IMG/VR virus record: IMGVR_UViG_3300026078_000018
Length of the DNA stretch: 64,000 nucleotides
Strand: one strand, 5' to 3'
Source: a virus
The notes under the pieces were generated by a model. That model ran no database searches and was not told the origin of the DNA. It saw only the letters and a list, made by a program, of their open reading frames with translations. Both the position numbers and the translations under genes were made by a program. Positions 28,804-37,413 of the stretch are shown here, one piece after another. Positions within the stretch are counted from its first letter, which is position 1, and each line of letters begins with the position of its first letter.

Positions 28804-29585
28804 GCGATGGACTGCGGATGCGTGAGGCCGTCAGAGCCTGGGAGGCACAGCAGGAGATCATCCAGGCCGAGCGCAGCCGAGCGGACGCTGCCGAAGACGA
28901 GCTGCAGCGGCTGCGCCTCATCGCCGCTGACTACGCCGAGCTCACCGCGTGGAGAGGACCGGAGGTCCCGAATCCGCATCGCGTCTCGATGACCGCCTAC
29001 GCCGAGAAGATCGCCGAGAAGCGGCAGGCCATTGCTGAACGCGACGAGGCATGCCGCGAGGTGGACCGCGTCCGCGGACGCCAGGGCGAACCCACCGGCG
29101 TTATGACCACGCCGGTGGCTGGGCGCACCGAGGCCATCCGGCTCCGCTACGGCCAGCACGCGTTCAGCGGCCCCACTGACACCGAACGCGAACGCGACCA
29201 GGTCATCGGGCACCTGCTCGGAGAGCTCGACAACCGCGACGACGAACTCGTCCGGCTTCGCGATCAGGTAGAGGCAATGGCGGAGGCCGCTGCGGCCGGG
29301 AACGTGCGAACGCTGCTGGATCTCGCGGCAGAACATGGAGATCTGGATGCACCCCAGGCGCGCGTTGAGAAGACTGAGACCATGAAGCTGCTGGAGCAGC
29401 TGGGCGATGTGGGTGAGGAGTGGGGCTATGGCCCCGATCCGGACCGGATTACGGTGCCTGTCGCCCAGGGCTTCCGCAGCGGCACCCCGAGGCAGTGGGC
29501 AGAATCTGGCGCCCGTGGGAACCGGACGAAGCTGTGGGCGCGGATGGCCGGTCAGTGGCGTGAGATGGAGGTTTCCGGTGGCTGA
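28800..29585 (+). CDS. coiled-coil hypothetical protein
   Basis: GTGA coupling. Confidence 0.6.
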   Translation: MSDGLRMREAVRAWEAQQEIIQAERSRADAAEDELQRLRLIAADYAELTAWRGPEVPNPHRVSMTAYAEKIAEKRQAIAERDEACREVDRVRGRQGEPTGVMTTPVAGRTEAIRLRYGQHAFSGPTDTERERDQVIGHLLGELDNRDDELVRLRDQVEAMAEAAAAGNVRTLLDLAAEHGDLDAPQARVEKTETMKLLEQLGDVGEEWGYGPDPDRITVPVAQGFRSGTPRQWAESGARGNRTKLWARMAGQWREMEVSGG

Positions 29586-30039
29586 GGCCCAGCTCGAACC
29601 GGCGATCAGCGAGGCCATGGACTCGATCCAGGGCTGGCTCGACGGGAAGCTCATCTTGTCGAAGGAGGCCGTGCGCACCCTGCTGACCGAGATGCAGCGC
29701 CTGCGTGAGATGCCTCCGCTGCTCACGCTCTTCCCCGTTGCCGAGCTCAGCGAGCAGGACCTGCAGGAGTGGGAGCAGAGGCTGGGGAAGGCGCTGGAGG
29801 AAGGGAAGCACAAGCCCCTGCGGTGGCGTCTCCCATCGTCTCCGCCGGTGCCGTGGGCAGCGGACGACTTCATGGTCAACTCGACCCTCTCCTGGGAGCT
29901 CGACCGGTCTTGGATCCAGGTCTACCACGAACCCTGCCAGCAGGTGGTCTTGGGCGACGACGGCGATGACCCGGATGAGCTGGATGCGGCCAAGCTGTTG
30001 AACCTGATGATCACCCACCGCTGCGAGGCCGCGCAGTGA
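29578..30039 (+). CDS. hypothetical protein
   Basis: GGAGG RBS. Confidence 0.55.
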   Translation: MAEAQLEPAISEAMDSIQGWLDGKLILSKEAVRTLLTEMQRLREMPPLLTLFPVAELSEQDLQEWEQRLGKALEEGKHKPLRWRLPSSPPVPWAADDFMVNSTLSWELDRSWIQVYHEPCQQVVLGDDGDDPDELDAAKLLNLMITHRCEAAQ

Positions 30040-30812
30040 GCGAGCCGGTGTTCGTCATCGCGGGCGACTACCCCCAGGCTGTGCAGTGGGCTCACGAGCA
30101 TGATGTTTCTTCCCGTGACCTGGTGTATCTGGCCAGCCCAGGTGATGTGGTCTATCGGACGGCTGGGCGCCGGGGCGGCGTGTACCTGTGCATCGGCACG
30201 TGGGAGGACAAGCCTGCCTGGAAGCTCGCAGATATGTTCGCGCATCTGGTCTCTCGGGGGTTCACGCGCGCCGCCGAGAGCGAGTGGAAGGCGTCACGGC
30301 GTGGCTGAGCCGAGGAAGCCCCGCATCAGATACGGGGTTCCTACAGAGTTCTATCCGCACCTGGCAGAAGGCTGGTACGTCCTTCTGCCGGACTGGCCGG
30401 ACGGCGTTGTCCCCGAGTGTTTCGACACCTGGCCTCAGGCCCTGGCGCGGGTCAAGCAGTGGTATGAGGAGAAGGACGAGCAGCGCCGCCGGATCCAAGG
30501 AAAGATCGCCTTGGTGGTGGACCGCCTCAAGCAGGATGGCGGGTGGGCGACATGACACCCGGTATGGCCGTCACGGCCGAGATGATCGGTGGTCCGTTGG
30601 ACGGCACGGTGCGCGTGTTCGCCGAGCCGGTGCCGAGCATCTACGCCGTGCTGGTGCAGACGCTCGGCACCCGCGAGCAGATCAACCGCGGCGAACTGAT
30701 CATCCGCGAGGCCCGCTACCGGCTCAAGATCGACGAGCATGGAGTGCCCTGGTTCACCCCCAATGCACAGCGGCACTACGACTGGGAAGGCTGGAGTGAT
30801 GTGGGCGACTGA
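30036..30812 (+). CDS. three coupled small hypothetical ORFs (30036-30308, 30301-30555, 30552-30812)
   Basis: Overlapping start/stop codons, followed by a hairpin at ~30827-30864. Confidence 0.55.
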
Positions 30813-30952
30813 GGTGAGGAAGCCCAGAAGGTCCGGGCTTTAGCGAACCAAGCCCGGACCTTCCCGCACGGGGCTGACTGCTTGTGAGAGCCGTCTGCCA
30901 ACCTGAGGCGAGCCTAGCGCATCGAAGTGCCGTCCGTGGCAGGATCGATCGC

Positions 30953-31219
30953 ATGACTCAGCCCACGAACACGACCACCCTGATCGTCTCCCAGGCGTAT
31001 TCGAAGTGCAGCGCCTGCGGCGGCTACGCGCTGCCCGCGGAGACCACCCACGACGTGAATGTCAGCTTCGGGCAGCCGGTCAGGCCCGGCTGCGGAGCGC
31101 AGTTCACCGCCATCACCACCGACCAGGACGGCTACGGCGTGGAGGCAGCCCTGCGAGCGATGCTGACTGGGCTGCGCCCCGACCTGCCGATCGTGGAGTT
31201 CGGGGGGCACACTGTTTAA
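30953..31219 (+). CDS. small Zn-binding hypothetical protein
   Basis: CSAC...H...GCGA.F. Confidence 0.55.
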   Translation: MTQPTNTTTLIVSQAYSKCSACGGYALPAETTHDVNVSFGQPVRPGCGAQFTAITTDQDGYGVEAALRAMLTGLRPDLPIVEFGGHTV

Positions 31220-31231
31220 TCAGGTCTGCCG

Positions 31232-31381
31232 CTACTTATTCTTCTTCTCTTCCTCCTGGAATTTCTTTGCATCGGCCAGCACCTGCTGGAACTTCGCCGC
31301 CGCCGCGGCGTCCTCGTCGTGTTCCCTCAGGAGCTTCCCCAGCTCATCAGCGCGTTTCTGTTCTTCGGGTGTCAGAGCCAT
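31232..31381 (-). CDS. 49-aa charged helical peptide (below the ORF-track cut-off)
   Basis: MALTPEEQKRADELGKLL...EEEKKNK*. Confidence 0.5.
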   Translation of the reverse strand: MALTPEEQKRADELGKLLREHDEDAAAAAKFQQVLADAKKFQEEEKKNK

Positions 31382-31436
31382 GCGAAAAACCTACTATCTG
31401 TTCAAGATCTGAGGTCTCGCATCCCATAAAATGCTT

Positions 31437-31637
31437 TCAGTCGGTTTTCCAGACATTCTCCAGCACTTCCCACTTGTTCTTGCTGCCCCGCAGCGGCCGC
31501 AGGTGCACGCCGATCTGGTCGCCCTTCTCCACGCAGCCGGGCTCGATCACGATGTACGGGTAGCGGCGGAAGCCGAACTCCACCCACACCTGCTGGCCGA
31601 TCTTCGGCAGCGGCGTCGGTCGCTTCTTCTTCGCCAT
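31437..31637 (-). CDS. small basic SH3-like hypothetical protein
   Basis: GAGGAGG RBS. MAKKKRPTPLPKIGQQVWV. Confidence 0.55.
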   Translation of the reverse strand: MAKKKRPTPLPKIGQQVWVEFGFRRYPYIVIEPGCVEKGDQIGVHLRPLRGSKNKWEVLENVWKTD

Positions 31638-31700
31638 GATGGGGTGCCTCCTCGCGTAGTGGCCTCTGCTGTATAAGTGCGCGCAGAGTGCCGTTTCGCT

Positions 31701-31748
31701 TAGAGACGTGAAAAACCTCAGCGGTAGAGACGTGAAAAACCTCAGCGG
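31701..31748. repeat. exact 24-bp tandem duplication
   Basis: TAGAGACGTGAAAAACCTCAGCGG x2. Confidence 0.95.
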
Positions 31749-31824
31749 CTTCAACCGCGGGCAGACTGGCTGGCGCTTAGCACTCGGGGACGACCTCCAC
31801 GAACGTCTGGGAGAATGAAGCCAT

Positions 31825-31900
31825 CGCCGAGTAGCGCAGGCCGGTAGCGCGCCGGATCGTACGTCGGAGGTCGCAGGTTCAAATCCTGCCTCGGCGGCCC
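31825..31900 (+). tRNA. tRNA or pseudo-tRNA with an irregular anticodon arm (identity undetermined)
   Basis: Acceptor CGCCGAG/CTCGGCG, D stem GCGC/GCGC, T arm GCAGG-TTCAAAT-CCTGC. The anticodon arm is only 16 nt. Confidence 0.7.
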
Positions 31901-31916
31901 AGGAAGGGATCAAGCC

Positions 31917-32384
31917 TTGTATCAGCCTGAAGCTCTGCAGGAGATCGTTCGCTTCGTGACCGGCTGTCTGGACGAGGAGGAGACCGCCGCACTGAGCTGG
32001 GATGAAGATGAACGGGAATGGCAGTTCGTCGGTGGTCGAAAGCTCACCTTTCAATCCGGCTCTTATGATCATGTGGCAGCTATCGACGTGACCAACGCGC
32101 CGTGCCTGTGGTGGGAGCGGATCTACGTCAAACGCGACGATGGTGGCAGACTCGCGGCGCACCTCGTTCACCATGACCCTGCCGCTGTCCTCACCGACAT
32201 CGCGGCCAAGCGGGTTCTGGTGGCGCTGCACGGCGACTTCTACGAGGACCCGTGCGGGTTCAAGGACGGCTCTGCATGGGGCGACCCCGAGAGGGCCGAG
32301 CCGTGCCTCACGCTTCGGCACATCGCCTGCGGCTACCGACGCCGCCCGGGGTTCAAGGAAACGTGGAGTGCCGTTGCAGGTTGA
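31917..32384 (+). CDS. DUF6221-like protein, copy 3
   Basis: AAHLVHHDPAAVLTDIAAKRVL...PCLTLR.IA..Y..RPGFKETW. Confidence 0.7.
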   Translation: MYQPEALQEIVRFVTGCLDEEETAALSWDEDEREWQFVGGRKLTFQSGSYDHVAAIDVTNAPCLWWERIYVKRDDGGRLAAHLVHHDPAAVLTDIAAKRVLVALHGDFYEDPCGFKDGSAWGDPERAEPCLTLRHIACGYRRRPGFKETWSAVAG

Positions 32385-32446
32385 CCCTCGGGTTCCAACG
32401 AAGGCTGTGATTCCGTTGCACCCCGCCGCTCTCTACCCTGTGTCGC

Positions 32447-32656
32447 ATGGAGCGCTACGGAGTGGCCAAGGGCACTTACGAGGAGATCATCAACGAGCTC
32501 AACTGCCTGGGGCAGGACGCCTTGAGCTCGGGCAATGAGAAGAAAGCGCGCAAAATCGCACGCGCGTTCAACGCGATCGAAGCCGGGGCGGAGGAGGTCC
32601 GCCTAGGGGATTGCCTCTACGTGGTGTCAACCCCGCGGCGCGCGCCGGTGGCGTGA
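32447..32656 (+). CDS. small hypothetical protein, probably leaderless
   Basis: TTGCAC...TACCCT promoter just upstream of the ATG. Confidence 0.55.
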   Translation: MERYGVAKGTYEEIINELNCLGQDALSSGNEKKARKIARAFNAIEAGAEEVRLGDCLYVVSTPRRAPVA

Positions 32657-33578
32657 GCTCCCCCTCTGGCAGGGATTCTGTGCGCGCCTCTTCCCAACTG
32701 GTCCTATACAGGAATAACTTGTGAGGAGTATCAGTTCCCTCACGGAAGGTGATCACCGAGGTGGAGACCTACGCGGACAGCCTGCGAGACGGGCTGAGAA
32801 AGTCGCGTAACGAGGATGAGGTCACACTCTCCCGTTGCGCGGCACACGCCGGGCAGCGGGGTGAAGGCTGGTGACGACCGAACTCCTCCCGGGGTCAGTT
32901 GCCACCTGCCCCCAACGCAACCCCAAGCCTCGTAACCAGGCCCTGTTCCAGGCCGCCAGTGATGCTGCCGCGGCCGATCCGAACGAACGGCGCGTGGTGC
33001 GCGAGTTCGATGCTTGCACCCTGCTTTTCGGCATGACCGTCTGGTACGAGGGCGAATTCAGGCTCATCAAGCACATCGAACGCCCCACGTCCCCGGAGCT
33101 CACAGTCCGCTCGGAGCTCACGATCCATTTCGTGGTGCCGGAAGGGACGCGCAGGTTCTGGTTCGCCAAGCGCAGCGATCCGGCCTACTGCCTGGTCGAC
33201 GGCGTCCTCTCCCCGTGCTGAACCCCACCTGATTCCTGGCTCCCGCAGCCGGGAGCTAGGCCAGCCCGGAAGACCCCAGATCATCCCCTCGCGTGGCGCA
33301 TTGGATGGTGAGTACCGTGGACGCTATGGCATCGACACAGCATCCTGACGAGGCAAACTGGCAGCAGAAGCCGATGGAGCTGGTTCCGAGCAGTTTCCTG
33401 ACCGGTCCCGACGGCGAGCCGATGAAAGCCTTCAAACCCACCGAATCCGTGGTCCGTATTTTCTCGGGGCGGCCGAGCCTGGGCGACGCCGGTTTCATCC
33501 GGACCGGAGGAGGTGTCCACAAACACCAGGCTTTTCCCGGTAATTCGCTGTAACAGATCACGAAAGGATGACGAAGCC

Positions 33579-33779
33579 ATGACCCGCTCTCTCTTCGCAC
33601 TGTCGGCGCTCACCGCGCCCTCCCAGGACTCCTCCGGATCCTGCACGGCCGTCCTGGACCCGGCCAGCCAGACCGGCGTCCACTACGACGCTGACGGCGC
33701 CGTCATCGCCCCATCCCGTATGGCCGACGGCACCGGCACCGCCACGGGCCAGGTGCGACCGGACCACGACACTGACTGA
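33579..33779 (+). CDS. ATP-grasp RiPP (graspetide) precursor, TgmA-like
   Basis: AAAGGA RBS. Leader with LDPASQTG..YD.DG, then a Thr/Asp-rich core TGTATGQVRPDHDTD. Directly upstream of the ATP-grasp gene. Confidence 0.75.
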   Translation: MTRSLFALSALTAPSQDSSGSCTAVLDPASQTGVHYDADGAVIAPSRMADGTGTATGQVRPDHDTD

Positions 33780-33787
33780 GGCGTCCC

Positions 33788-34774
33788 GTGTTTGATGACT
33801 CCTCGTCGCGGCCGGTGGTCGTGCTGACCCAGGTCGACGACCCCACCGCCGACATGGTCATCAGGCACCTCAACGCTGCTGGCGTACCGGTGGTTCGCCT
33901 CGACCCCGCGGACTTCCCCCGCACCCTGTCTCTGTCGGCGCGTATCAGCGCCGGAGGGCACTGGTCGGGGCGGATCACCACCAGCAGCAGGAAGTTCGAT
34001 CCTGCGACCGCGCGTGCTCTGTGGCTGCGCCGTCCGGGCCGTCGCAGTTTCCCAGGCATGGATATTGCGACGGCGAAGTACGCCGAGGCCCAGGCCGAGG
34101 TCGGGCTCGACGGAATCCTGCGCAGCATGGCCGACTGCCTGTACGTCAACCACCCGGCCGCCCACAAGGCGGCCTCAGTGAAGCCGGTACAGCTGGACGC
34201 GGCCTCCCGCGCCGGTTTCGCCATCCCTGACACGCTCATCACCAATGACCCGGCCGACGCGCGGGAGTTCTGCGCAGCCCAGCCCAGCATCCACAAGCCG
34301 CTTGGGCCGTCCCTGTGGCAGCCCGACGGAGATCGCCTGTTCCTGGTGAACGTCAGCACTATGGCAGACCCTGACGGCCTGGATGAGAGTGTTGGTACGA
34401 CCGCGCACCTGTTTCAGGCCCGGGTCCCCAAACAGCACGACGTACGCCTGACCGTGATCGGGGATCGTATGATCCCCGTGGTCATCGACTCCATGGGCGC
34501 ACTGGACTGGCGCACCACCTACGACGGCAACACCTACCGCGTCCTACAGGAGCTGCCCGGCGACATCGAACAGGCCGTGAAATCGTTCATGGCCGAACTG
34601 GGCCTCGTATACGCGGCTTTCGACTTCGCCATCGGATTCGACGAGCGCTGGTGGTTCCTGGAAGCCAACCCCGCGGGGCAGTTCGCATGGCTGGAAGAAC
34701 CGACCGGCTACCCGCTGACCGCGGCGATGGCGGAGTTCCTCGCCCGGACCCCATACCCGCGAGAGACACAGTGA
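33788..34774 (+). CDS. ATP-grasp ribosomal peptide maturase (TgmB / SAV_5884-like)
   Basis: D.TADMVI..L, RLDPADFP, W.RRP, YVNHP...KPVQL, PDTLITNDP, HLFQARVPKQHDVRLTVIG, DWR, FLEANPAGQFAWLE. Confidence 0.9.
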   Translation: MFDDSSSRPVVVLTQVDDPTADMVIRHLNAAGVPVVRLDPADFPRTLSLSARISAGGHWSGRITTSSRKFDPATARALWLRRPGRRSFPGMDIATAKYAEAQAEVGLDGILRSMADCLYVNHPAAHKAASVKPVQLDAASRAGFAIPDTLITNDPADAREFCAAQPSIHKPLGPSLWQPDGDRLFLVNVSTMADPDGLDESVGTTAHLFQARVPKQHDVRLTVIGDRMIPVVIDSMGALDWRTTYDGNTYRVLQELPGDIEQAVKSFMAELGLVYAAFDFAIGFDERWWFLEANPAGQFAWLEEPTGYPLTAAMAEFLARTPYPRETQ

Positions 34775-35067
34775 TCCGGCTGAAGGGTGACCGCCGCCAT
34801 ACCCGTGCGGTGCAGCGGTTGCTGGCGCAGGAGGTCGCCGATGGCCGGATCACCACTACCTCCACCGCGGTCGTCATTGACGACCCTGCGCCGCTGGTGT
34901 TGCTAGAGAAGGCTCTGGATGCCGCCTATCCCAGCTGGCGCGACGATCCGATGCAGTACCAGGTCCTGTTCTCCGGCCCGGTCCGGCGGCGTCCCGACTG
35001 GCTGCTGGTGCTGCATCTGAGAGCGAAGGCCTGCGGGGCCCTGAACGTGGATCCACGGCTGACCTGA
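34771..35067 (+). CDS. hypothetical protein coupled to the ATP-grasp gene
   Basis: GTGA overlap. Confidence 0.55.
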   Translation: MIRLKGDRRHTRAVQRLLAQEVADGRITTTSTAVVIDDPAPLVLLEKALDAAYPSWRDDPMQYQVLFSGPVRRRPDWLLVLHLRAKACGALNVDPRLT

Positions 35068-35121
35068 TGTCATGAAACATGACATGCCTACTTGTGCGTG
35101 TCATGTTTCATGACATAGACT
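35067..35121 (+). promoter_or_regulatory. promoter with a double palindromic operator, copy 1
   Basis: ATGTCATGAAACATGACA-N14-TGTCATGTTTCATGACAT overlapping TTGTGC-N18-TAGACT. Confidence 0.85.
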
Positions 35122-35152
35122 GGTGGAAGACGCCAGCCGCCAGGAGGATGCC

Positions 35153-35767
35153 ATGGCCGGAGGAACCGGGACCACGATGAAGGTCTCCGCCGCGCTGCGC
35201 AGAGCAGGGCTGCCGGTGATCCGCTACGGCATCGGCCGTGGCCTCACGGGCATCTACGTCAGCAACATGAGCCCCACCCGCACCGGCGTGAGCCTGCGAT
35301 ACAGCCAGACCGACCCTGCCGGGCAGCAGGAGGCCAAGACCGCCGACGACATCGAAGCCGTCCTGCGCGCCCACGGATTCCCCTACGCCCGCCACACCAT
35401 CGCCCGGCCCGGCGGCCGCACCGCCTACAGCTTCACCGTCTACGCCACCCGCGAGGACCCGCTGTACCAGGCCCACCTGGCCACGCAGGCGGCCCCGGAG
35501 GCTGCAGGGCAGCCTGAGACCCCCGCCGAACCCGAACAGGCCGCCATCGCCGCCTCCGGCCTGCCGGTGCGCCGCTCCACCCACAAGGACTGGCTCATCG
35601 AACACGACGGCCACCGCGACGCCTACCACATCGAACGCACCGGCGGCAGCTCCCGCGCCCGTTACACGGTCACCACCCGCGGAGGCAGTGGCAGGCACAC
35701 CATCGCCAAGAACCTGCGCGACATGACCGCGGCCCTGGACGCCGTCCAGGCTGACATCGCCAACTGA
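35153..35767 (+). CDS. hypothetical protein
   Basis: AGGAGG RBS after promoter copy 1. Confidence 0.7.
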   Translation: MAGGTGTTMKVSAALRRAGLPVIRYGIGRGLTGIYVSNMSPTRTGVSLRYSQTDPAGQQEAKTADDIEAVLRAHGFPYARHTIARPGGRTAYSFTVYATREDPLYQAHLATQAAPEAAGQPETPAEPEQAAIAASGLPVRRSTHKDWLIEHDGHRDAYHIERTGGSSRARYTVTTRGGSGRHTIAKNLRDMTAALDAVQADIAN

Positions 35768-35780
35768 TCCGGAGGTCACC

Positions 35781-36014
35781 ATGAGCGACATCCGCTACAC
35801 CGTGCACAACCCCCTCGGCAACACGGTCTTCTCCCACGAGGACGAGAACATCGCCCGCGGCGTCGCCCAGCAGCGCGCCAACGACCTCGGCTACTCCGTG
35901 ACCATCGAGCGCCATCAGGACGGCCGTTCGCAGGAGATCGACCGCATCTACCCCGCCAGCAGCGCCCCTCTCTCGCGCCTGTGGGTGCCGGGCTTCGGCG
36001 GGCGCCTGGAGTAG
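35781..36014 (+). CDS. small hypothetical protein (Acr candidate)
   Basis: GGAGG RBS, 77 aa. Confidence 0.65.
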   Translation: MSDIRYTVHNPLGNTVFSHEDENIARGVAQQRANDLGYSVTIERHQDGRSQEIDRIYPASSAPLSRLWVPGFGGRLE

Positions 36015-36027
36015 GTTCTCCGATTTC

Positions 36028-36082
36028 ATGTCATGAAACATGACACGCTCTCTTGTGCGTGTCATGTTTCATGACATAGGAT
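36028..36082 (+). promoter_or_regulatory. promoter with a double palindromic operator, copy 2
   Basis: Same arms as copy 1. TTGTGC-N18-TAGGAT. Confidence 0.85.
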
Positions 36083-36122
36083 GGTTGTAGAAGCTGACCC
36101 GCCAGCAGCGAAGGAGCCTGAC

Positions 36123-36434
36123 ATGGCCGCCGACCCGGAAGCCGCTATCAAGGCCAAGCCGCCCAAGACCGGCCCGCTGTTCTGCCTGGACATCACCGAG
36201 CCCGGTCGCGCCATCGGCTACCTGTTGTTGACTGACCCGGCGCCCGAGGACGACTGGTCCATCTACGGCACCCGCGAGGGCCGCACCTGGACGGTGTGGA
36301 CCGACTCCCACGGCAGCGCTACCGGATCCACCCTGGAGGTTGCTGCCAAACGCTGGGCCCGCCAGTACGGCCTGCCCCACGGCACCGCCACCCTCGGCAA
36401 CGACAACGGCGGCGAGCGCCGCATCAGCTGGTAA
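36123..36434 (+). CDS. small hypothetical protein (Acr candidate)
   Basis: AAGGAG RBS. Confidence 0.65.
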   Translation: MAADPEAAIKAKPPKTGPLFCLDITEPGRAIGYLLLTDPAPEDDWSIYGTREGRTWTVWTDSHGSATGSTLEVAAKRWARQYGLPHGTATLGNDNGGERRISW

Positions 36435-36444
36435 GGAGACGCTC

Positions 36445-37053
36445 ATGAGTGAGCAGGATGGGAGAGCCTCACGCTGGGCCAGCTGGCTCCGAAGCCAACT
36501 GAACCATGCAGGTTGGACAGGCGGAGAACTGATTTCTCGTGCACAGGCGGCCGGTACCCCTTTCAGCAAGAGCACGGTGTCCCGTTGGCTTAACGCACAG
36601 CAGCATCCCGATTCCGAGGTCGTCTTCGATGTGGCGAAGGTCCTCAGGGCCGATCCTCGGGAAGCCTTCGAAGCCATCGGATACAGACATCTGATGGGGC
36701 CTGTTGCGGACAAGATCTGGATCGTTACCAGAACCAACGATGAGTACGGCTTCTCCGTACTTGACGGCGATGACCCCATCACCGCCACTGTCGAGGACGC
36801 CCGCGTGGCCTTCATTGACGCCGTCCGCGGGGCACTGGGCGGCAAGAAGGACTACACCATCGCCTTGGAGGCGATCCCGATCGAGCCGGATCACGCGGTG
36901 ACCTCGGACGGTATCGTCCTCACCTGCCGTCAGGTGTCCTCCGGCCTGCGCGCCGCCAGCCTCAAAGCGCGCCGGGCCGAACTGGAGCAGGAGCTAGCCC
37001 AGATCAACCAGGAGCTGGAGAGGGACGAGAGGGACACCCCATGGAACGCGTGA
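36445..37053 (+). CDS. protein with an N-terminal XRE-type HTH
   Basis: WLRSQL..AGWT..EL......SKSTVSRWL...HP. Confidence 0.7.
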   Translation: MSEQDGRASRWASWLRSQLNHAGWTGGELISRAQAAGTPFSKSTVSRWLNAQQHPDSEVVFDVAKVLRADPREAFEAIGYRHLMGPVADKIWIVTRTNDEYGFSVLDGDDPITATVEDARVAFIDAVRGALGGKKDYTIALEAIPIEPDHAVTSDGIVLTCRQVSSGLRAASLKARRAELEQELAQINQELERDERDTPWNA

Positions 37054-37331
37054 TCGCGATCGACCCGTCGGGCTGCGGCTGCACCGAATGCATGGTGGGC
37101 GAGTACGTCCCCCTCGACCAGGCGACGGCTGAGCAGGTCGTCGACATGCTGGCGGGCAGCGTGCGCAACAACACCTGCCGCGACCTGCGGGTGAGCCTGG
37201 TCTACACCCTCGGCAACGGCCTGGACATGTCCCAGGCGGTGCTGGTGGAGGTGCAGCTGGCCGAGGGGGAGGACGGCTCCCCGCTCGTCTGGACCGTCCC
37301 GCAAGAGGCGGCGAGGGCGCTGACATGGTGA
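37041..37331 (+). CDS. hypothetical protein
   Basis: GCGCTEC..GEYVPL motif. Confidence 0.55.
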   Translation: MERVIAIDPSGCGCTECMVGEYVPLDQATAEQVVDMLAGSVRNNTCRDLRVSLVYTLGNGLDMSQAVLVEVQLAEGEDGSPLVWTVPQEAARALTW

Positions 37332-37413
37332 CCCTCAACGAGGCCGCCGACCGGGCCTGTGTGGCCCCTCAGGACTACCTCATCCCCGTCGCCCTGGAAC
37401 CCCTGGAGACGCC

